Shown here in pieces: positions 39,503 through 46,755 of a DNA stretch of 64,000 nucleotides. Under the pieces are notes generated by a model. That model was not told the DNA's origin. It saw nothing but the letters and a program-made list of their open reading frames with translations, and searched no databases. Source of the stretch: an uncultured Planctomycetota bacterium (GTDB lineage: Bacteria; Planctomycetota; Planctomycetia; Gemmatales; Gemmataceae); the NCBI GenBank assembly GCA_963849325.1, contig CAWKHF010000010.1, positions 256,001-320,000 of the forward strand, written 5' to 3'. The translations under genes and the position numbers were made by a program. Numbering within the stretch: position 1 is the first letter of the stretch; every line of letters starts with the position of its first letter.

Positions 39503-41296
39503 CTAGCGTAGCATATCCGTCAGCGCTCCGGGCGACCTTACGCCGTCCGTAACGGCGTGGTACGTCGGCGCGTCGGCGGGCAGGAAGGGAGTGAACGGCG
39601 GCATCTCCTCGCGGCCTAGGCGAAGCTCAAGCACGCCCGGCCGGTTGGTCCAGGACGAGCTGTCTTCCAGGGCTTCGTTCAACTCCTCGATGGTGCCCGC
39701 CGAGCCTACCCAGAGGCGGTGAGGGGGACCGAACCCCCGGGCGACCTTGGCCACGGAAATGGGAGAATACCGCGAGCACTCGATCCTCCCCTCGAAGTAG
39801 AGCTGTTGCCGGGTGACACACATGCCGTGCATGCCGTTGTTGAAAACGACGAAGAGAATAGGCAGCTGATGATCGACGGCGGTATGCACCTCGGCGCCGA
39901 GCATCAGGAAGGCACCATCGCCGCAGAAGACCATTGTCCGCGAGCCGCGCGGGGAGCCTATCTGCGCGCCGATGGCCCCGGCGATGGCGTAGCCCATGCC
40001 CCCCATCCCCAGGGCGATCGTGGCGCTGACGTTCGCAGGGATGCGCAGGTAGTGCAGGGCGGCCGCGGCACAGTTGCCGGCGTCGAAGAGCACGTGGCCT
40101 TTCGCGGGCAGGAACGGCTGAAGCATCTCGAGAGCCTGACTCTGTCGCAGATCTCCGGTCATGGGGACCGAGTGCGAACGGCACCTGTCCAGGGGCAGGT
40201 CGGGGGCCAACTCGGGCGTGAAGCGGGTGACGGGCACCGGGACGGGCACTCGGGGAACCACGTAGGCCTGGTCCGCTAACTGATTGAGTTGGTCGAAGAC
40301 GACTCCCGCGTCCGCCTCGATGGACAACGAGGAGCGGACGATGCGGGACACCTCGCCCATGTCGATGTTCACGACGGCCAACCGCTCCGGATGAAGGGCC
40401 TTCTGGATCGGCTGAGCCGTCATCACATTCAGGCCGGTTCCGACCGCGACGATGAGGTCCGCCTGCTCCGCCAGGAACCGATGCGCCGACGGCTCGCCGG
40501 CCACGCCCACGGTTCCCAGGTACAGAGGGTCGTCGTTGGGGAACACCCCCTTACTGGCGAGGGTCGTCGCCGTCCGCACCCCCAGGCGGCGCGCGAACGC
40601 GACGACTGCGGCGGGATTGCTGCACCGGTCCACTCCACTCCCGAGCAGCAGCACGGGTGTCTCGGCCGTGCGGATGGCGTCGAACAGTTTGGCGACCGCA
40701 TCGGCCGGCGCGTACCACAGGCCGTTCAGCTCGTTCAGACGGTCGGGCATCCAGCTGGGTCGTGGGCCGACGTCGCTGTCGAACAGGTCGCGGGGGATCA
40801 GCAGCACGGAGGGACCGGGCCGACCACTCATCGCGGCCGTGACCGCGCAGTCCAGGCACCGCCAGAATTGGCCGGGCTCCGTGATTCGCGCCTGATACTT
40901 GGAGATGGCGGCCCAGAGCCTGTCCGCGTTCACGGATCGACCGATGCCGGAAGAATCTTGAAAGGCGCCTCGACCTTCGAGCCGAGTAGGCGGTTGGCCG
41001 ACGATGGCCAGCATCGGCACCGACTCCGCGAACGCCTCGGCGACGCCCACGGCCAGGTTCATCATCCCGCCACCGGATGTGCTGCAGCAGACCCCCAGAG
41101 TGCGATGCACCCGGGCTCGGCAGTCGGCCATGAAGGCAGCGCCCACTTCGGACTTGGCGCACACGGAGCGGAAGCCCTCGCCGCCCAGCCGATGCACGGC
41201 GTCGTGCAGGTGCTCGATATTGGCGCCGCTGACACCAAACAGGTATCCCAGACCCCAGTCGCGCAAGGTCGTAACCAGAGCTTCTGCCAGTTTCAT
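39503..41296 (-). CDS. Thiamine diphosphate-dependent enzyme (acetolactate-synthase-like carboligase; NzsH/CqsB3-like by context)
   Basis: FGVSGA, SEVGAAFMAD, TSGGG, AFQD; ThDP motif GDGAF...VVFNN. Confidence 0.9.
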   Translation of the reverse strand: MKLAEALVTTLRDWGLGYLFGVSGANIEHLHDAVHRLGGEGFRSVCAKSEVGAAFMADCRARVHRTLGVCCSTSGGGMMNLAVGVAEAFAESVPMLAIVGQPPTRLEGRGAFQDSSGIGRSVNADRLWAAISKYQARITEPGQFWRCLDCAVTAAMSGRPGPSVLLIPRDLFDSDVGPRPSWMPDRLNELNGLWYAPADAVAKLFDAIRTAETPVLLLGSGVDRCSNPAAVVAFARRLGVRTATTLASKGVFPNDDPLYLGTVGVAGEPSAHRFLAEQADLIVAVGTGLNVMTAQPIQKALHPERLAVVNIDMGEVSRIVRSSLSIEADAGVVFDQLNQLADQAYVVPRVPVPVPVTRFTPELAPDLPLDRCRSHSVPMTGDLRQSQALEMLQPFLPAKGHVLFDAGNCAAAALHYLRIPANVSATIALGMGGMGYAIAGAIGAQIGSPRGSRTMVFCGDGAFLMLGAEVHTAVDHQLPILFVVFNNGMHGMCVTRQQLYFEGRIECSRYSPISVAKVARGFGPPHRLWVGSAGTIEELNEALEDSSSWTNRPGVLELRLGREEMPPFTPFLPADAPTYHAVTDGVRSPGALTDMLR

Positions 41297-41348
41297 GAGA
41301 GGGCCTTTCCATCGCTTGCCGAATGTGCCGTGTGTCTACTGCTTCCAA

Positions 41349-42350
41349 CTATGCCGGCTTCCAGTGGATGACAGCCGAGGCGGCGAAGTCTCCGGCGTGG
41401 GCAAATCCACCGAGCACGAGATGAGAGTTCGCCTTCAATTGCCCGCTGTCGATGGCCTCCTCGAGGCAGATCGGCAGGGCGGCGCCGAACAGGTTGCCGT
41501 GCCGCTCGAAGGTCGATACGTGTCTTTGCGTTGGCACCTGCAGCGCTTCGCGCCAGTTGCGCAGGAACAGGTTGTTGGGCTGGTTCGTGATGAGCGTGCC
41601 GATCTCACTGGGAGGAAGTTCGGCACGGCGGCAAGCCTCGCGGATGGCCTCCGGGACGATGCGGTTGGCACGGCTCATAATGTGGCACAGCTTCGCCTCG
41701 TTGAAATCCACGGAGGTACATGCCGTGCTCGGCTCCCACCATGCGGTGCCATCGGCACGGACGACAGCCATGTCGCCGGCATACTCGCAATAGTTCTGAT
41801 GCACGACCGCCTTGACCGGCGATTCCCCCGAGGCCACGAGATAGCCCACGCCACAGCCGTCGCCAGGGATGCGGGCCTGCTTGAGCTTGCGGGTCTGTTC
41901 ACTGCCGAACAGACGGCCGGCCGAATTCTGGACGTTGCACAACAGGGCCGTCTTCGCCCCGTGGCAGCTCATCAGCGCCTGGGCCTGGGCGATCATGTAG
42001 ACGAACGAGACGCATCCTCCATTGTGGATGTCGAGGATCCAGCTAGGGCGAATCCCCAGCGCCTTGGCGGCGTCGGCCCCGCAGCCGGTGAACGGCTGGT
42101 CCGGGGAGGTGACGTTGGTCATGAGGATATCAACGTCCTTGTGCAAGTTGAGGTTCAGGCGAGCCGCCAATTTGCGGGCGGCATGGACGATCATCACACT
42201 CGCCGTTTCATCGCGGGAAACGTGATGCCGCTGTTTCACGCCGCGAAACATGAGGGGCGCTCGCTCCGAATCGCTGTTCTGAAAGAAGGAGTTCTCGACG
42301 ATTCGTCGCGGCAGGTAACTGGCCGCGCCAACCAGGCTTACGGTCTTCAT
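41349..42350 (-). CDS. 3-oxoacyl-ACP synthase III (FabH-like) family protein
   Basis: ASYLP, DIHNGGCVSF (catalytic Cys), PGDGCG, TNQPN, HGNLFGA, GGFAHAG. ATG 42350 is translationally coupled to the upstream gene. Confidence 0.9.
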   Translation of the reverse strand: MKTVSLVGAASYLPRRIVENSFFQNSDSERAPLMFRGVKQRHHVSRDETASVMIVHAARKLAARLNLNLHKDVDILMTNVTSPDQPFTGCGADAAKALGIRPSWILDIHNGGCVSFVYMIAQAQALMSCHGAKTALLCNVQNSAGRLFGSEQTRKLKQARIPGDGCGVGYLVASGESPVKAVVHQNYCEYAGDMAVVRADGTAWWEPSTACTSVDFNEAKLCHIMSRANRIVPEAIREACRRAELPPSEIGTLITNQPNNLFLRNWREALQVPTQRHVSTFERHGNLFGAALPICLEEAIDSGQLKANSHLVLGGFAHAGDFAASAVIHWKPA

Positions 42351-42988
42351 GGCCGACCTCCCATGGTCATGGGCAGCCCGTTGGCATGGCGGTACTCGAG
42401 AATGTGCTTGAGGTTGTCTAGCTCGATCTTGTGGCCCGCGTAGAAGAACGGCCACATGTCCCCCACCCAGACCTTGCGGCCCTTGGGCGACCTGTCCGGG
42501 AACGGGTTGTTGTCGTAGTAGGGGTGCCGGCAGTTGGTCCAGAGCACGACACAGCCGGGCCGGTTGAGCACCAGCTTCGCGGGCACGACGCGCATCAGGT
42601 AGATCATCCACAGTTCGTCGCCCTGGTCCCAGGCGCAGTGGTAATCCACCGTCATCGCCTCGGGGTTGGCGACCACCCGTGTGTAGATCTTCGTGGCGCC
42701 GCCGATGCGGTCGGTGGCAACGACCATCCCGGTTTCGTCCATCGGCGTGAAATCGCGCAGGCTGTACGTCCACTCCTGCAGCGTGTACACATCGGCCAGG
42801 TACTCAAACGCCTTCTCGGGCGGGCAATCGACGTAATCCTGCAGCGAGCAATACTGGCCGTAAACCTCGTCGTGCGGGTAAACGGCGTGCGTCATTTCCA
42901 TCGTCAGATCGGTCATTTCATCCTTGCAGCAGTTCTCGATGCGACGTACGCCGGGTAGGCGGTCGATGGCAGCCGAAATGAGATTCAT
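42347..42988 (-). CDS. SRPBCC/START-fold cyclase-aromatase-like protein (NzsI/CqsB2-like by context)
   Basis: 213 aa from ATG 42988 (GGAG RBS); CPPEKAFEYLAD..LQEW, DYHCAWDQG, WMIYLMRV, C-terminal helix ELDNLKHILE typical of SRPBCC. Confidence 0.8.
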   Translation of the reverse strand: MNLISAAIDRLPGVRRIENCCKDEMTDLTMEMTHAVYPHDEVYGQYCSLQDYVDCPPEKAFEYLADVYTLQEWTYSLRDFTPMDETGMVVATDRIGGATKIYTRVVANPEAMTVDYHCAWDQGDELWMIYLMRVVPAKLVLNRPGCVVLWTNCRHPYYDNNPFPDRSPKGRKVWVGDMWPFFYAGHKIELDNLKHILEYRHANGLPMTMGGRP

Positions 42989-43096
42989 CGCGTGTACTCC
43001 TTGTTCGTAACTCGAGCAGTGAAATGGCAGACTTGAGGTCGAAGCGTGATGCCTTGCTAAAGTCTTATATTGCGTCCAATCGAAACTGTGACGGCT

Positions 43097-43248
43097 TGAG
43101 AGTCTGTTCCCGAAGCTCCCCTCTCCCCTGTACTCAGGGGAGAGGGGTTGGGGGTGAGGGGTGAGAAACCCACGAAAAACCCGCCCCCTCACCCCAACCC
43201 CTCTCCCCCGGAGTACCGGGGGAGAGGGGCTTTCGGAACAGACTCTGA
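43097..43248. mobile_element. MITE-like element (146 bp) with 11-bp terminal inverted repeats and TGA target duplication
   Basis: GAGTCTGTTCC (43100-43110) ... GGAACAGACTC (43235-43245), flanked by TGA (43097-99, 43246-48). The interior is two inverted CCCCTCACCCC.ACCCCTCTCCCC..GGGGAGAGGGG units. Confidence 0.7.
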
Positions 43249-43410
43249 TATCTCCGATCACCCCACGTAGGACTTCATCAGGCGCGGCCTCATCAAGCGT
43301 GCGCGGCGCCGGGATTGTTCCTGGCGGGCCTGTCACAAGTGATCGCGCGGGGGCTACCAGAGGGTGAAGAACATTCTCGTCATTGCGGATTTCAGACGGC
43401 GGATTGCAGA

Positions 43411-44592
43411 ATGAAGAAGCTACTCCCTGAGCATCTGCTGTCCCGGAAATCCGCCAGGCTCAAGCTGCCCTACTCGCTAACCACTGTCTGGCGACAACAG
43501 CTGCGCTATCTTCCGGCGGTGTTCGCCGTCGCCTTCAGTGCGGTCCTCAGCACCCTGCAGTGCGGACTTCTGGTGGGCATCCTCAACATCGCGGCCCGGC
43601 CGATCCACCGCAGCGATGCCCACGTCTGGCTGGCTTCTCCCGGCGTGCGTGGCCTGGGGTTTGGCCGTCCCATCCCTCTGGCCTGGAAGACCCGCCTGCT
43701 GTCGCAGCCGGAGGTAGAGCGAGTGGAAGAGTACCTGTGCGGCTTTGCCCAGTTCCAGAGGCCCGACGGCAGCACCGACCAGTGCAGCGTCGTCGGCATG
43801 AGGCTGGAGGCGGGCTCCCTGGGAGCGCTGGCGGACCTTACGCCGGAGATGCGCCAGAGCCTGACGCGGCCGGGCACGGCCGTGGTGTACGAGTCGGAAC
43901 TGCCGCTCCTGGGACTGCGGGATACGCCGGGAGAGGTCGGAGAGGTGGAGGGCCACCGTGTGGAGATTGTCGGCACCCTTCGGGGAGGCGACGGGGCAGG
44001 GTTGACTCCCGGGCTGTACTGTTCGCTGCGAACCGCTCGTGGGCTGTTGGCCTCGGTGTCGGGGCGACAGACGACTTACCTGTTGGCCCGGTGCCATGCT
44101 CCCGAACAAGGCCCTCTCCTGGCCCGAAAGCTGGAGGCGAGCTATCGAGACATGGACGCGATGACGAGCGGAGAGCTGGCCTGGCGAACCCAGTGTTACT
44201 GGCTGATCAAGACCCGGGCAGGGCTCGTCCTCGGCTTCGCCGCGGCGCTGGGCCTGATGGTCGGCGCGGTGGTCACTTCGCAGACGCTCTACGGGGCGAG
44301 CGTGGCCTCGCTCCGCGAGTACGCGGTCCTTCTCGCCCTGGGCATCCCACGTTGGCGGCTGCGGCGGCTGGTGCTCGGCCAGTCCTTCTGGGTCACTCTG
44401 GCCGGGCTCACGCTGGCCCTGCCGCTGACCGTGATCCTGGCCCACATCGCCCGCCCGATGAACGTGGAAGTGCTCCTACCGCCCTGGCTCGTGGCCGCGG
44501 TCGGAGGCCTTACGCTGGCGGTCGGCCTGCTGTCGGGGACCACCGCCCTGCGCTCGCTCCGCCAGGCTGATCCCGCCACGTTGCTGCGTTAA
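43411..44592 (+). CDS. ABC exporter permease, DevC/FtsX family (copy 1)
   Basis: RYLPAVFAVAFSA, periplasmic MacB-like domain, VVTSQTLY, REYAVLLALG, C-terminal ADPATLLR. Confidence 0.88.
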   Translation: MKKLLPEHLLSRKSARLKLPYSLTTVWRQQLRYLPAVFAVAFSAVLSTLQCGLLVGILNIAARPIHRSDAHVWLASPGVRGLGFGRPIPLAWKTRLLSQPEVERVEEYLCGFAQFQRPDGSTDQCSVVGMRLEAGSLGALADLTPEMRQSLTRPGTAVVYESELPLLGLRDTPGEVGEVEGHRVEIVGTLRGGDGAGLTPGLYCSLRTARGLLASVSGRQTTYLLARCHAPEQGPLLARKLEASYRDMDAMTSGELAWRTQCYWLIKTRAGLVLGFAAALGLMVGAVVTSQTLYGASVASLREYAVLLALGIPRWRLRRLVLGQSFWVTLAGLTLALPLTVILAHIARPMNVEVLLPPWLVAAVGGLTLAVGLLSGTTALRSLRQADPATLLR

Positions 44593-44607
44593 AGAGGAAA
44601 AAGGACC

Positions 44608-45324
44608 GTGAAGACACTAATCGCCCGTAACCTGACGCGCAGCTTCGGCAGCGGCGACACCCGCGTGGTCGCCCTGGACGATGTCTCTCTGGAGCTGCGC
44701 CCTGGGGAGTTCTCGCTGCTCATGGGGCCGTCGGGGTCGGGCAAGTCCACTCTCCTGGCCGTGCTCTCCGGGTTGGTGCCGCCCGACAGTGGCCAGGTCG
44801 TCGCCCTGGGCCAGAAGGTGTGGGCCCTGTCACCTCTCCAACGAGAGGAATTCCGCCGCCAATCGACCGGATTTATCTTTCAGGGCTACAACCTGTTCCC
44901 CGCCTTGACCGTCCGCGAGCAACTGGAGATGGTTTTGCTCTGGGCAGTCGGGGTGCCGCCCGACGAGGCCGAGCACAAGGTGGAGGCCATGCTGGACCTC
45001 CTGGGCCTGGCCGAGAAAGCCGACTGCCTCCCCGAGCAATTGTCCGGCGGCGAGAAGCAACGAGTGGCCATCGCCCGCGCCCTGATCAAGGATCCCCAAC
45101 TCCTCTTCGCCGACGAACCCACCAGCGCCCTCGACTGGCAGCGCGGCCGGCAGATCGTCGAGCTGTTGCAGGCCAGCGCCCGCGAGCGGGGGGCAGTCCT
45201 GGTCGTGGTCTCCCACGACAACCGGCTCCTCCCCTATGCCGACCGCGTGCTCCACCTCGAGGACGGCTGCCTCGATCGGCCGGAAGCGCCGGCTGGACCC
45301 GAACCCCACAAGAGGAGTCCATGA
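44608..45324 (+). CDS. ABC exporter ATP-binding protein, DevA/LolD family (copy 1)
   Basis: GPSGSGKS, LSGGEKQR, FADEPTSALD, VSHD. Confidence 0.95.
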   Translation: MKTLIARNLTRSFGSGDTRVVALDDVSLELRPGEFSLLMGPSGSGKSTLLAVLSGLVPPDSGQVVALGQKVWALSPLQREEFRRQSTGFIFQGYNLFPALTVREQLEMVLLWAVGVPPDEAEHKVEAMLDLLGLAEKADCLPEQLSGGEKQRVAIARALIKDPQLLFADEPTSALDWQRGRQIVELLQASARERGAVLVVVSHDNRLLPYADRVLHLEDGCLDRPEAPAGPEPHKRSP

Positions 45325-46373
45325 AAGTCTTCCGTCCCCGCACGTTGGTTTGGCTGCTGGCCGTGGCCGTGGTGCTGGTCGGCCTGAGCGGCGCCGCCGG
45401 CGTTTTCCGCCTGCCGCTGGCCCTGTTCGGCTGCAGGCAGCCGGATTCGGAACGGCCCGGCCTGCAAGGCGTGGAGTGCCTTGGCCGGGTCGATGTCGAG
45501 GGCGGCCTGCTCGAACTCGCTCCTGTCCGCTCGGGTCGTGTCGTGGCAGTGAGCGTCCACGAGGGAGAGGCGGTGCCTGCAGGGGCGGTGTTGCTGCGAC
45601 TGGATGAGCAGCCGGCCCAACTGCTCGTTCAGCAGGCCCGCGCGGCCCAGCAGGTGGCCGAGACCCAGGTCGCTCTTGCTGAGGAGGCGGCCAGGCTGCA
45701 CACCTTCCGGGTGGCCGGCCAGGAGGCGCTTGCCCGGGCGGCTCGGAATCGCGTGCCGGCCGCCCGCGAGCAGATGGAGCGTAAGGAACGACTCTTCGAC
45801 CAGGGACTGATCGACAAGGAGGAGAAGGCCGCCGCCCGGCAAGAGGTGAAAACGCTGGAGTCCCTGGCGGAAGCTGAGGAGAAGCGGGTGGAGGGCTTGC
45901 GCGGCGAGAACCCTTGTTTGCGCGTTCAGCAGGCCAGGGCGGAGCTGGCGCGGGCGGAGGCGCTGCTGGCGGAGGCGCGGTACGCTCTGGACCAGTGCGT
46001 GGTGAAAGCGCCCGTGGCAGGCAGTGTGCTCCGGCTGCGCTGCAGCGCCGGCGAGGTCATCTCACCGCAGCTGGCCGTAATCGTGTTCGCCCCGGCGCGG
46101 CCTCGTATCGTCCGTGTCGAGGTGGAGCAGGAGCTGATCCATCGGGTCGAGGTCAGTCAGCCCGCCGTGGTGAGGGACGAAATGCACCCGGAACGATCCT
46201 GGAACGGCCGGGTCGTCCGGATGAGCGACTGGTACTCCGACAATCCCACCATCCCCCGCCGGATGGCAAGGTTCACGGACATCCCGACGGTGCAGTGCGA
46301 GATCGCGCTGGACCCCGGACACCCGCCATTGCGCATCGGCCAGCGGATGACGGTGCTTCTTGGCGGCCCGTGA
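45321..46373 (+). CDS. HlyD/DevB-family membrane fusion protein (copy 1)
   Basis: ATGA overlap with the ATPase; N-terminal TM, lipoyl-like GRVVAVSVHEGEAV, coiled coil, KAPVAGSV, LRIGQR. Confidence 0.9.
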   Translation: MKVFRPRTLVWLLAVAVVLVGLSGAAGVFRLPLALFGCRQPDSERPGLQGVECLGRVDVEGGLLELAPVRSGRVVAVSVHEGEAVPAGAVLLRLDEQPAQLLVQQARAAQQVAETQVALAEEAARLHTFRVAGQEALARAARNRVPAAREQMERKERLFDQGLIDKEEKAAARQEVKTLESLAEAEEKRVEGLRGENPCLRVQQARAELARAEALLAEARYALDQCVVKAPVAGSVLRLRCSAGEVISPQLAVIVFAPARPRIVRVEVEQELIHRVEVSQPAVVRDEMHPERSWNGRVVRMSDWYSDNPTIPRRMARFTDIPTVQCEIALDPGHPPLRIGQRMTVLLGGP

Positions 46374-46755
46374 CCCAGCCGTGACTGCAGCAACGGGTCG
46401 TGGGACTCGTGCTGGTCGGGCATAGCTCGCTGCAGCGCATCGAAGGTCTTCCGCCTTCGCTCGCATGGGCTGCGGCAACCCGGCTGGGCATCCGTCTCCA
46501 AATCGCATCCGGTCTGTCTTCTCTTGACCACATCGGTGAGGACGAACCCGCCGTTCTCCGTATGGTCGCCTCGTTCTCCCTCTCGATTTGCGAAGCGATT
46601 GTCACAGCTCCCCGTTCAGGTCGAAGAAGAGATGGAGCGGAAACGCTTCCTCCCCTGATAACCACACGCTTGGGAGATGGGCATGGCGCCGGCCTCCAGC
46701 CGCGCCGGGTCCGTGCATCGTCTTGCTTCTTGGATTCTGAACAACGGAAGGTCCC

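Noticed and set aside
39503-41296. Housekeeping acetolactate synthase (ilvB/ilvI)
   Set aside because: Divergent motifs (FGVSGA, TSGGG), no small subunit or ilvC nearby, and it is in an operon with KAS III and SRPBCC genes.
46374-46755. Small ACP or precursor-peptide gene between exporter 1 and the fusion enzyme
   Set aside because: No ORF with a DSL-type phosphopantetheine motif, acidic ACP composition or a convincing RBS was found.
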